Assembly: GCA_029248885.1 (NCBI GenBank)
Contig: JAQWIL010000030.1
Coordinates: 1,431-65,430, forward strand
Length of the DNA: 64,000 nt
Direction: 5' to 3'
DNA from: Flavobacteriaceae bacterium
Lineage (GTDB): Bacteria; Bacteroidota; Bacteroidia; Flavobacteriales; Flavobacteriaceae
Within the stretch, counting starts at the first letter, position 1. Each line of letters starts with the position of its first letter. A program made the translations under genes and the position numbers. The notes beneath the pieces are model-generated. The model saw nothing but the letters and a program-made list of their open reading frames with translations. It made no database searches and was not told where the DNA came from. Positions 1 through 8,611 of this stretch are shown in pieces.

Positions 1-308
1 AAACTGAGCTCGTCACGACCCACTAACCCATCTGCTTTGAAGTCGGGATAAATCAATAAAAAGAATAGACCAAACTTCAATATACTCCCACCCATAAACA
101 CAACCCCCACGAGCATTGCGTTTTTTTTGTGTGTGGCAAGGACCGCCCAAAAGATAAGTACAGCTAATCCGAAATTAAACCCATAGCAGAGCCACATGAT
201 TCGGATTTGTCCCCAAAGTGCATCAGGCATCAAAGTGGTGTGTGTTACAAACGCCAAAGAAAGCGCGACAAGTAACCCGCCGCCAAGCTTGAGCAATGGT
301 TTAGTCAT
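1..308 (-). CDS. Small hydrophobic membrane protein; 5' part only, since the gene runs off the left edge of the window
   Basis: ATG at 308 overlaps the stop of the atpZ-like ORF by 8 nt. My own translation, MTKPLLKLGGGLLVALSLAF..., stays open to position 1 and is strongly hydrophobic. It is absent from the ORF track because it has no stop in the window. Confidence 0.4.
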   Translation of the reverse strand, partial: MTKPLLKLGGGLLVALSLAFVTHTTLMPDALWGQIRIMWLCYGFNFGLAVLIFWAVLATHKKNAMLVGVVFMGGSILKFGLFFLLIYPDFKADGLVGRDELS

Positions 309-531
309 GATTGAGCGTTTTGAGTTGTTGCAACAAAATGGTTATGGAAAAGAAAAGACCCGCCAAAACACAAATCAATGTCCAAGTCCGATCAGTTTGA
401 TAGGTGAGGTCGAGCCATTGACCTAGACGAGCAGAAGCATACATTGTAACCCCGAGTTGGGCAGCATAGCCAGTAAGGGCTAACCAACGGAAAGCGTTGG
501 GTTTATGCGGTTTTTTCGGATTTTTCTTCAT
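301..531 (-). CDS. AtpZ/AtpI-like small membrane protein
   Basis: 76 aa with a Lys-rich N-terminus (MKKNPKKPHK) followed by two hydrophobic helices. ATG at 531. Its position after bactofilin and before another membrane ORF is typical of the leader of Bacteroidota atp operons (from memory). Confidence 0.5.
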   Translation of the reverse strand: MKKNPKKPHKPNAFRWLALTGYAAQLGVTMYASARLGQWLDLTYQTDRTWTLICVLAGLFFSITILLQQLKTLNHD

Positions 532-913
532 CGACGGGCTGTAGGGATTTGATGGCTTTTTTCATCAAGCACTGTGCGTTGAGCATTGCGCCTGCTTCTA
601 CCGCCAATTTTCCGACGATTACTTTACCATCGATCACCCCTTCGTCCTTGATAGATAGGAGATTAGATGCCTCGATTGTTCCCTCAAATGTCCCCATGAT
701 ATCTGCGTTTGTACAGATGATTTTACCTTTAATTTTACCTTCTTGACCAACAACGACACGGCCAGTGGTTTGTACCGTTCCCTCAAGGGTTCCGTCTATA
801 CGAAAGTCGGATTCGGAATGGATTTCTCCAATCACCTTGGTATTGGGCTCAATAAAATTGATTTTGATGTTGTTTCTAGAGTTGTCCATTTTTTGTTTTG
901 CTTTAAATACCAT
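503..913 (-). CDS. Bactofilin (polymer-forming cytoskeletal protein, DUF583)
   Basis: 136 aa. Repetitive beta-helix pattern G.I.G.v...g...v...G.i.G.i (VIGEIHSESDFRIDGTLEGTVQTTGRVVVGQEGKIKGKIICTNADIMGTFEGTI) with an acidic C-terminal tail. Confidence 0.75.
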   Translation of the reverse strand: MVFKAKQKMDNSRNNIKINFIEPNTKVIGEIHSESDFRIDGTLEGTVQTTGRVVVGQEGKIKGKIICTNADIMGTFEGTIEASNLLSIKDEGVIDGKVIVGKLAVEAGAMLNAQCLMKKAIKSLQPVDEEKSEKTA

Positions 914-918
914 TGCGT

Positions 919-3363
919 TTATTCTTTGGTTACATTTTTGAAAATGAGAATGTCTCGCAAAGCGGATGTCAAAACTACAAAATTTTTGATTTTACGCAAT
1001 TCTGGGTGAATTCTCAGCAAGTTGTCACGATAGTCATTCGCTTGGTCTTGGGATGTAAATCGCTGAACCACCAACAGCTCGGTTTGTCTGTCGAGTACAT
1101 CAATCGTTGCGCTTACCGTTCGTTGGAGACCCTGAGAAGAAATCGTTCCACTTACTTTGGTTTGTATACGTTTTGTCGTGTCGTGATCTTTTCGATCAAA
1201 TACAAAATAAACCAAATAACGATCGCCTTCTTCAGCATGAGTTGGGGTCAGGTTTTTAAGTTTAAGAAGTCGTTTGCTCGCCTCCTCTCCTGCTTGTTGG
1301 TTGGGAAACGAAAGTGCGACTTCAGACAAGGCCGTTTGATAGGCCGCCATGCCGTCCAATCGGCCGATTGCATGAGCCCGTAACAAGGCAAAGCGCGAGC
1401 GTAAGGCCTCATCTTGTAAAGAGAGCATGGCCGTAAAGCACTCATCGATGACCTCTTCGAAAGCTTGGATTTTAAAACGGTCTTCAAGCATCGTGTATCG
1501 TTCCTCAAAACGGCTCAGGGCTTCTTCCATAGCTTCTGGGTTTTGAAGGATCATGGCATACTGGGAGTCTGGGTATTCTGTGATAATACGGTTTTTATAG
1601 GTTTCGACTTGGTCTCCCCCAGTTTCCAATTCGATTTGATAAAGATGGTATAAAGACGGCAAATTGTATTCTGTGTCCAGAGACAAGAGGGTTTGCAGTC
1701 GGTCTTTGGCTTGTGGGTACGCGCCAAACTGTTCTTTGTAGGCCAGGCCTGCATCAAAATAGGCCGCATTGCGCACTTGACTCAAGCTGTCATTGGCTTC
1801 GGGTGGGGGAATCTGACTTGTATAGGTTTCAACGATATAGCGGGGGTCAAGTGGTTCCTCCTCAACTTCGTCTTCAGGCACACTTTCATCTGGAGTGAAT
1901 GCAACAGATTGCAAGCTCGAATAGCGCCAGTTGTCTGTTTTTTTGATATTCCCCCAAATGCGATAAAACTCACTCTCTCCGCGAGTCCGAGCCGATCGGT
2001 TGTAGAAATAAAAATCACTGTCAAAAAAAGAAGTGTTGGCAACCAATTGCTGTTGTCGTTCTTGTTGGACAAGTTGAAGTGAATCTGCTGTTTTGAGGGC
2101 TTTGATATAGGCTTCAAATATTGCGGTTTGCTCCTCTGGTGTTTTGTCGATTAGAACCAATAAGCTGTCTGTCGTTTGTCGAGTGATCTCATAGTCAATA
2201 ATGTCGTTGAGTTTATCTCTTTTGCGTTTGATTTTTCGATATGTACGCGTTTTGGGTGGCAGAACCTGTAAGGTGCTGTCGAGATATGCCCCAGAGAGGA
2301 CAAATTGATTTTCTTCAAAAAACACATTCCCCATCGTTTCGTAAGCCAACCCTTTTAAAGTCTTGTCTTTGGTGTTGGTTCGCAAACTTGCATTGATCAG
2401 CTCTTTGGCAGAAAGGGTGTCATTGGTTGACAAACTGTATAGCGCATGGCTAAAATGAATTTTGTCCAAGTAGCGTTTGTTTTCCTCGTTTTTGGTCAAC
2501 TTGCCGTATTGTTTCTGCACGGTTTTCTCGTCCAATTGGCTGGTGTTTAACTGATTTAGTTTCGCATGTATCCAATAGGTTCGGGGAATCCGTCGATTGA
2601 GGTCAATTACGCTTTGATAGGCAACCGCAGCCGAGTCTCGGTGTTCGAGTTTGTCATGCAATTGTCCGAGAAGATAGTAGTATCGCGCACGGGTGTTGTT
2701 GTCTTTTGTAAAGGCGGCTGCGTTGTAAAGTGGTTTGATTGCTTGTTGGGGTTGGTTGAGGGCAAGGTGTGCCTTTGCCAAATAGGCAGAGACATCAGCT
2801 GATTCGGCTAGGGTGAGTTCGGGGTTGGTTAGCAATTCTTCAAAAATGGCAATGGCTCGTTGTTCTTGTAAAAGCTGAATAAAGACTTTGGCTTTCCAAA
2901 GTTGGGCTTTATTTATACTACTTGTGTTTGGCAGCTGGTCAATGATATAATTAAAAGCGTCAAGGGCTTGGAGGTATCTCCCGTTGTAATAGCGCGCCTT
3001 ACCGAGCAACATATAAGCCTCGTCAATTTCTTGGTTGCGCTGTTCGTTTCCAAACTGCATACTGTGTTTTTGCACAGCGATTACCGCTTTTTCTTCCCCT
3101 CTTGAAAAATTGGCATTTTCTTTGGGGCTAAGGGTGAACAAATCCACCAAAGGAAAGGGTTCTACGGGCAACTGCTCCCAAAAATTGGGTTGGTGAGATG
3201 CGATTTCGGCTTCGATTCCAGCAGCAATGGCTTCCTGTCCGTTGAAAAGAACATTAAATTTGGTCGTCGTTTGGTGATAGACCCTGTTTACCGCTCGATC
3301 CTTGCGCGTTGAACAACTGGCAAGTACAAGAAATACAATCGCTACAAAAAACGCATGTTTCAT
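919..3363 (-). CDS. sprE: TPR-containing lipoprotein resembling the T9SS/gliding protein SprE (PorW)
   Basis: Lipobox in MKHAFFVAIVFLVLASCS (start re-set to ATG 3363). After the Cys comes STRKDRAVNRVYHQTTTKFNVLFNGQEA...NFWEQLPVEPF, which matches my memory of SprE N-termini. TPR-like repeats and about 815 aa. Confidence 0.55.
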   Translation of the reverse strand: MKHAFFVAIVFLVLASCSTRKDRAVNRVYHQTTTKFNVLFNGQEAIAAGIEAEIASHQPNFWEQLPVEPFPLVDLFTLSPKENANFSRGEEKAVIAVQKHSMQFGNEQRNQEIDEAYMLLGKARYYNGRYLQALDAFNYIIDQLPNTSSINKAQLWKAKVFIQLLQEQRAIAIFEELLTNPELTLAESADVSAYLAKAHLALNQPQQAIKPLYNAAAFTKDNNTRARYYYLLGQLHDKLEHRDSAAVAYQSVIDLNRRIPRTYWIHAKLNQLNTSQLDEKTVQKQYGKLTKNEENKRYLDKIHFSHALYSLSTNDTLSAKELINASLRTNTKDKTLKGLAYETMGNVFFEENQFVLSGAYLDSTLQVLPPKTRTYRKIKRKRDKLNDIIDYEITRQTTDSLLVLIDKTPEEQTAIFEAYIKALKTADSLQLVQQERQQQLVANTSFFDSDFYFYNRSARTRGESEFYRIWGNIKKTDNWRYSSLQSVAFTPDESVPEDEVEEEPLDPRYIVETYTSQIPPPEANDSLSQVRNAAYFDAGLAYKEQFGAYPQAKDRLQTLLSLDTEYNLPSLYHLYQIELETGGDQVETYKNRIITEYPDSQYAMILQNPEAMEEALSRFEERYTMLEDRFKIQAFEEVIDECFTAMLSLQDEALRSRFALLRAHAIGRLDGMAAYQTALSEVALSFPNQQAGEEASKRLLKLKNLTPTHAEEGDRYLVYFVFDRKDHDTTKRIQTKVSGTISSQGLQRTVSATIDVLDRQTELLVVQRFTSQDQANDYRDNLLRIHPELRKIKNFVVLTSALRDILIFKNVTKE

Positions 3364-3410
3364 GTAGATAAAACTCTTTTTTTGACGGTTTGGTATGGGG
3401 TTCATCTTGT

Positions 3411-4106
3411 TTATTTGGTAAAAAACGCCTCGAGTTCTTTTAACGTTTTCGCAGTGGTTTGTAGGTCTTTAACAATTTCCCCTTTCTCCAGAACCGCTAT
3501 GCGTTCACAAACCTCTGTCACATGCTGGATGTCATGGCTCGAAATCAGAATGGTTGTGTTTGTGTCTTTTCCTTTTTCGGTTAGTAGCTCTTTAAGGCGA
3601 ATTTGTGTTGTGGGGTCTAGATTGGCAAAGGGTTCGTCGAGAATCAAGAGTTCGGGAGCGCCAATAAAGGTTGCAACCACTCCGACTTTCTTTTGATTTC
3701 CCTTCGACAGGTCACGGATATATTTTTTTTTGTTTAGAATCTCATCATTAAAAAAATCGGCATACCCCGCCAGTAATTCGTCAATCTCCTCCTTTGAAAC
3801 CTTGCGCAATTCGCCTATAAAATAAAAATACTCCTCAGGAGTTAAATATCCAATTAAAAAACTATCGTCTAAAAAGGCCGCGGTATTTGTCTTCCAGTCT
3901 TCTGAGGTGCTCACATCAACCTGATCAATCGTCACTGTGCCTTCCGTAGCTTGAATCAAGTCGAGTAGCAGACTGAACAGGGTTGTTTTTCCTGCCCCGT
4001 TGTTTCCCACAAGTCCAAAAACTTGACCCTTGGGAATATCCATTTCGGGAATATTGAGAACCGTAGTGTCTCCGTAGTGTTTTGTCAATTGTTCAATGCG
4101 AATCAT
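3411..4106 (-). CDS. ABC transporter ATP-binding protein
   Basis: Walker A GNNGAGKTT, signature LSKGNQKKV, Walker B LLILDEP, H-loop SSHD. ATGA overlap with the upstream membrane gene. Confidence 0.9.
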   Translation of the reverse strand: MIRIEQLTKHYGDTTVLNIPEMDIPKGQVFGLVGNNGAGKTTLFSLLLDLIQATEGTVTIDQVDVSTSEDWKTNTAAFLDDSFLIGYLTPEEYFYFIGELRKVSKEEIDELLAGYADFFNDEILNKKKYIRDLSKGNQKKVGVVATFIGAPELLILDEPFANLDPTTQIRLKELLTEKGKDTNTTILISSHDIQHVTEVCERIAVLEKGEIVKDLQTTAKTLKELEAFFTK

Positions 4107-5578
4107 GTGCTTTGTTTATATGCATTTAGGGTTTTGTACTTTTCTGTTTTATACAGCGTTTCTATCAAATCGAAGGCCTTGTTTTTTAAGAAATACCCGA
4201 AAATTCCTGTGCAAGCGACTGTAATATAACCAACCCACTCCCCTCCTAAGAGACTCCCCACAAAATAAAGAACCATTGGTAAAAACAGTTTTGGTAAGGT
4301 CAATAACAAGGTCTTTGCATTAAAGGCCTGTTTGTCGCCAAAGGGTTTTTTGGTCGATGTCAAATCGATTGGGGTTTTGATATAGGCTCCCGAAAGCAGT
4401 ACCAAGTATCCATTGATTCCAATATTATAAATCGCTCCTGTGAGAATCGCAGCATAAACATCCCAGCCAAACAACATATAAAAACTCGCCAATAAGGTGC
4501 TGACAGCAGTGGTAATTGCAATCATAGACCACTTGGCGTTCAGGTATTCTCGATAGGCAATGTTTTGGCTCATCATCAAAGGGTAGTAGGCGCTGTCCCA
4601 ACTCGGTACATATTGCCCAAAGGTGAACAAAAACCCACCCGAGACAAAAATTCCAGCAAAAATTTTCCAGACAGGGTTATCATATAAGCCCCCTGATGAA
4701 TCTGTAAAAAACAGAAGTCCGTAAAATAAAAACATCAGAGAAATCCAAAGCGTCATTTTGGAGCGTTTGTTTCTCAAAATGAGTTTGATGTCGTTTTTCA
4801 CAAAGATGGCCGTACGTCCAAAACGATTGAGCCACCCCAATTGAATCTGTTGTGCCTCTTTTTTGACAACCTGTAATCCTGCGTCGAGATACATTCTTCG
4901 CTTAAAATGAGTAAAAGTCGATCGGTAAAGCAATAGCAACATAAGCCAAGGAATCAAGGTGTAAATTGGATCGTTGTAAAATCTGTCAAATACTGGCCCC
5001 ATATAGGTCGTGACATCAAAAATATCATAACGCTGAAAAACGGCAAACAAAACCAAAATCACCGCAACCGTATAAAAGACATCATTGCGATCGTTGATCA
5101 GGATATTGATATAGTTGGTGCAAAAGACAATCGCTACTATTGCCAAATGCCAGCTCAATACCTGAGAAAATGGATATCCGTTATTGACCAAAACAACGGA
5201 AAAGGGTATAAAGAAAAACGCATTTGAGACATTAAAAAACGAAAATATCGTTCGCCCGAGTGCGTAATGGACAATGGTATTCACATTGATCGGTAAGGTC
5301 AACAGGGCCTGAATATTTAGTACTGGCATTTTTTGAATAAAATAACGCCAAACAACCCAAAAAGAAGTTCCATAAATCAAATATTGATTGATAAAGCGCA
5401 AGGGGTCAACCCCCATTTCTTCATCTAATAAATAAAAACTACCATAGCCCAAAAGCGTGAACATGCCGATAAAATACAGCATCCCAAACAAGTAAAAAAC
5501 AGAAGTAATCACCCCCGATGTAAATGCAGCAGAGCGGCGATATGATTTCCATTGTAGTTGCAGTAATCGAAGAAACAT
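4103..5578 (-). CDS. Polytopic membrane protein, presumed permease partner of the ABC ATPase (DUF5687-like)
   Basis: Many predicted TM helices and translational coupling to the ATPase. Start re-set to ATG 5578 (MFLRLLQLQWKSYRRS), which lies 18 nt downstream of a -7 box. Confidence 0.6.
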   Translation of the reverse strand: MFLRLLQLQWKSYRRSAAFTSGVITSVFYLFGMLYFIGMFTLLGYGSFYLLDEEMGVDPLRFINQYLIYGTSFWVVWRYFIQKMPVLNIQALLTLPINVNTIVHYALGRTIFSFFNVSNAFFFIPFSVVLVNNGYPFSQVLSWHLAIVAIVFCTNYINILINDRNDVFYTVAVILVLFAVFQRYDIFDVTTYMGPVFDRFYNDPIYTLIPWLMLLLLYRSTFTHFKRRMYLDAGLQVVKKEAQQIQLGWLNRFGRTAIFVKNDIKLILRNKRSKMTLWISLMFLFYGLLFFTDSSGGLYDNPVWKIFAGIFVSGGFLFTFGQYVPSWDSAYYPLMMSQNIAYREYLNAKWSMIAITTAVSTLLASFYMLFGWDVYAAILTGAIYNIGINGYLVLLSGAYIKTPIDLTSTKKPFGDKQAFNAKTLLLTLPKLFLPMVLYFVGSLLGGEWVGYITVACTGIFGYFLKNKAFDLIETLYKTEKYKTLNAYKQST

Positions 5579-5596
5579 CAGGTTTTTTTGGACTCC

Positions 5597-5604
5597 CAAA
5601 GATA
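5597..5604 (-). promoter_or_regulatory. Bacteroidota -7 box (TATCTTTG) for the DUF5687-like/ABC operon
   Basis: Exact TAnnTTTG match, 18 nt upstream of ATG 5578. Confidence 0.4.
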
Positions 5605-5613
5605 TCATTTTTA

Positions 5614-5621
5614 TATGTTTG
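5614..5621 (+). promoter_or_regulatory. -7 box (TATGTTTG) for the PaaE-like reductase gene
   Basis: Exact TAnnTTTG match, 14 nt upstream of ATG 5636. Confidence 0.4.
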
Positions 5622-5635
5622 TAAAAAAATTTGCT

Positions 5636-6670
5636 ATGTCTGGACTCCACCCTTTACAAGTTAAGGAGGTTCAGCGTCTGACTGATGATGCTGTTGCCAT
5701 TTCGTTTTCCGTGCCAAAAGAGCTTACACAACCCTTTTCATACACGGCAGGGCAATACCTTACCTTGTCTCACACCATTGAGGGCAAGGATGTTCGGCGA
5801 TCCTATTCGCTTTGTAGTGCACCGCACGAAGAGGTTTTGCGTGTGGGGATCAAAGCCATTCCCAACGGATTGTTTTCCAACTATGCCAATACGCAAATCA
5901 AGGTTGGTGACACCCTTGAAGTGGGTACTCCAGAGGGGCGTTTTATCTATAAGCCCGACGGTAATAATACTCTTTTGTTGTTGGCTGCAGGGAGTGGGAT
6001 AACCCCTATTTTGTCAATTGCCAAGACAGCCCTCAAAGAAACAGAAGGAAAAGTGGTCTTGGTGTATGGAAATCGATCGGAAGAAGACAAGATGTTTGCG
6101 GATGAATTACAAACCCTTCAAACCGCATACGGCCAACGCTTTGAAATTGTGCATGTTTACAGTCGAAAGAAAACGATTGATGCCCTTTTTGGCCGGATCG
6201 ACATGTCTCACATCAACTATGTGCGAAACACCTTGTTTAGTCAATTGGACTTTGATGATTTTTATGTGTGTGGCCCTACTGGAATGATTGAATCGTCGGT
6301 ACAAGCACTCTCCGACTCAGGAGTGCGTGATGAAAGTATTCATGTGGAGCACTTCACCGGAAGTGGTGAAATCGACCGTTCGGTGGAGGGTCTCGTAGAT
6401 TATGAAGTCGTATTAGACGATGAAACACATCCGTTTTCTGCCGCTGCAAGCAAGACCATATTGGAAGCTGCCATCGATGCCGGTATCGATCCCCCTTATT
6501 CCTGCCAAGGAGGGGTTTGTGGAAGCTGTATTGGGCGTGTGAAAGAAGGTAAGGTCAGTATGGCCAGTAATCAGATTCTTTCCGACAGTGAGGTGGCTGA
6601 AGGCCTTGTATTGACCTGTCAGGCCAGTTGTACAACTGAGCGGGTCATCGTTGACTTTGATGATGTATAG
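5636..6670 (+). CDS. Ferredoxin-NAD(P) reductase with a C-terminal plant-type 2Fe-2S domain (PaaE/PaaK-like)
   Basis: RSYSLCS (RxYS FAD motif), LLAAGSGITP (NAD motif), C-terminal CQGGVCGSC...LTCQA cluster. Start re-set to ATG 5636. Confidence 0.8.
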   Translation: MSGLHPLQVKEVQRLTDDAVAISFSVPKELTQPFSYTAGQYLTLSHTIEGKDVRRSYSLCSAPHEEVLRVGIKAIPNGLFSNYANTQIKVGDTLEVGTPEGRFIYKPDGNNTLLLLAAGSGITPILSIAKTALKETEGKVVLVYGNRSEEDKMFADELQTLQTAYGQRFEIVHVYSRKKTIDALFGRIDMSHINYVRNTLFSQLDFDDFYVCGPTGMIESSVQALSDSGVRDESIHVEHFTGSGEIDRSVEGLVDYEVVLDDETHPFSAAASKTILEAAIDAGIDPPYSCQGGVCGSCIGRVKEGKVSMASNQILSDSEVAEGLVLTCQASCTTERVIVDFDDV

Positions 6671-7693
6671 CTAGATTTTTTCCAAGACCATTTCAATGAC
6701 CTCTTCAGGCGCAATGGTACGCATGGCGTCTCGATATCCTTTGGGCACCGTTTTGCCATAGGCCGAGGTAGGTACTTTTGGAAACTTTTCTCGATCAACG
6801 AGGAGGTGGTTATTTTGATCAAATGCGGAAAATCCTAAAAAGGGATGTGTCATCCCCCACAGTGTTATGACTGGCACCCCAAAATTGGCTGCCAAATGGC
6901 CATTGGCTGAATCCATAGAAATCATGGCATCAAGGTTTGCAATGAGATCGAGCTGATCCGAAAAAGGCATCTCCAACGCATGCGGAATCACATGGGGATA
7001 GGCCTTGGCCCAAACGTGGATTTGCGCAGCTTCCTTGGGACCATGACCAAACAGAAAAACCGAATGTTCTTGTTGAAGGTAACCCACCACCTTTTGCATC
7101 AAGTCGAGGGGATATACTTTGCCAGGGTGGGCAGCAAAGGGGGCAATCCCAATCCATTTTTTGTCGGCTGGAAGGTCGATGTTCAAACTCGATTTTGGTA
7201 GCCCCGGCTTAATGGGAAACTCGTGCTTATCAACATCAAGTGCAAAGCCCAAACGGGAAAACACCTCCACGTAACGATAGTGCTGTGGGGTGAGGGGTTT
7301 CAGTGTTTTTTTGGTCGGATGGGTCAGTCGTTTGCGCTCGGTATAGCCTTTATCAATGGCTTTAATCCGGGTAAATGACAGTCTAAAAAACAACCGTAGT
7401 ATGCGGCTGCGCAGATTGTGATGGATGTCGGCTATGCGGTGGGGCTTGGTTTGTTTGAGCTCTTTATACAGCCGATAAAGGCCTTTAAGCCCCTTGTGTG
7501 TTCCTGCAAAATCAGGTGTCATCAGCTGGAGTTCGCTAAACTCCTTAAAGATCGGCGCAAAACGATCTCGTGTAACTAATGTGATCTGAATCTTCTGGTT
7601 TTGGGCGTATAAACATCGCAATACAGGTACCAACATCGCCACATCTCCCATCGCTGAGAAGCGAAAAATCATGAGATGTTTTGGCTTGGTCAC
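6671..7693 (-). CDS. Glycosyltransferase family 9 (heptosyltransferase-like)
   Basis: N-terminal IFRFSAMGDVAMLVPVL motif typical of GT9. C-terminal DSANGHLAANFGVPVITLWG. GTG start at 7693, directly after the stop of the upstream gene. Confidence 0.8.
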   Translation of the reverse strand: MTKPKHLMIFRFSAMGDVAMLVPVLRCLYAQNQKIQITLVTRDRFAPIFKEFSELQLMTPDFAGTHKGLKGLYRLYKELKQTKPHRIADIHHNLRSRILRLFFRLSFTRIKAIDKGYTERKRLTHPTKKTLKPLTPQHYRYVEVFSRLGFALDVDKHEFPIKPGLPKSSLNIDLPADKKWIGIAPFAAHPGKVYPLDLMQKVVGYLQQEHSVFLFGHGPKEAAQIHVWAKAYPHVIPHALEMPFSDQLDLIANLDAMISMDSANGHLAANFGVPVITLWGMTHPFLGFSAFDQNNHLLVDREKFPKVPTSAYGKTVPKGYRDAMRTIAPEEVIEMVLEKI

Positions 7694-8302
7694 CTAATCG
7701 GATTTTGAACTGTAGAGCACTGGGTTGAGCGCCTCGTCATTGTACATTTTCATTTGCTTATAGACCTTCATGGTCTTGCGTCCTGTAGAAAGGTCGTCGA
7801 GCAATTGGTCAATAGCGAGGGAAAGGTCTTCACGTTGTGTTTGTAATACGGATAGCTTATCGGCACACTGCTGGCGATGAGATGCCGAGGCAGTACTACG
7901 TTCACTTTCCTCAAGCATATGATAAATTTTGAGTGATAATATCGACAAGCGATCATATGCCCATGCTGGACTTTCGGTGTTGCTGGTTGCATCGGCTTGT
8001 GGGGTCACGCTGCTGTATTGATCGAGGAAATAGCTGTCGATATATTCAACAGTATCCGTGCGATCTTGATTGGATGCATCGATTTTTCGTTTGAGTGCAA
8101 GCGCTTCAACAGGGTTGATGTTGGGGTCACGAATCAGATCCTCGTAATGCCATTGTATGGTGTCGATCCAGTTTTTTCGATACATCAGGTGTTCGACCGA
8201 GTCGGCTGGATAAGGGTTGTTGTAGGGCTGATCTATAAGATCCAACACGTGATAGTCCTTAACACTTTGTTCAAAAATTGAATAGGCCGCCGCGCTCTTC
8301 AT
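7694..8302 (-). CDS. DUF4254-like protein
   Basis: About 200-aa soluble protein that abuts the GT9 gene with 0 nt spacing, a pairing I remember for DUF4254. Start re-set to ATG 8302, 12 nt downstream of a -7 box. Confidence 0.55.
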   Translation of the reverse strand: MKSAAAYSIFEQSVKDYHVLDLIDQPYNNPYPADSVEHLMYRKNWIDTIQWHYEDLIRDPNINPVEALALKRKIDASNQDRTDTVEYIDSYFLDQYSSVTPQADATSNTESPAWAYDRLSILSLKIYHMLEESERSTASASHRQQCADKLSVLQTQREDLSLAIDQLLDDLSTGRKTMKVYKQMKMYNDEALNPVLYSSKSD

Positions 8303-8314
8303 TTGATTTTTTGA

Positions 8315-8322
8315 CAAATATA
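8315..8322 (-). promoter_or_regulatory. -7 box (TATATTTG) for the DUF4254-GT9 pair
   Basis: Exact match, 12 nt upstream of ATG 8302. Confidence 0.4.
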
Positions 8323-8355
8323 AGAGACTGGGTTGTATCTCATGCCCCTATGCCT

Positions 8356-8363
8356 TATTTTTG
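8356..8363 (+). promoter_or_regulatory. -7 box (TATTTTTG) for the small membrane protein gene
   Basis: Exact match, 20 nt upstream of ATG 8384. Confidence 0.4.
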
Positions 8364-8383
8364 TACCACCAAACACTGAGAAG

Positions 8384-8611
8384 ATGAAGTCTTTTTTCGA
8401 AGCGATTGCTTATTTGTTTCAAGAAATTTTATTTATACCCCTCAACCTCCTGCGTGAGCTCGAACTCACAAGTTGGTTTTTGGCCAATGGTATCAACTGG
8501 GTGTTTTTGGCGATTGGGTTTGCTGCTTTATCTTATTGGATTGGCCAACTCAAAAAATTCAGTGATAGCGGCGAAGAGGATACAGACTCCACTTCCCATT
8601 CCTTTCTATAA
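8384..8611 (+). CDS. Small two-helix membrane protein with an acidic C-terminus
   Basis: MKSFFEAIAYLFQEILFIPLNLLRELELTSWFLANGINWVFLAIGFAAL... Start re-set to ATG 8384, 20 nt downstream of a -7 box. Confidence 0.5.
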   Translation: MKSFFEAIAYLFQEILFIPLNLLRELELTSWFLANGINWVFLAIGFAALSYWIGQLKKFSDSGEEDTDSTSHSFL

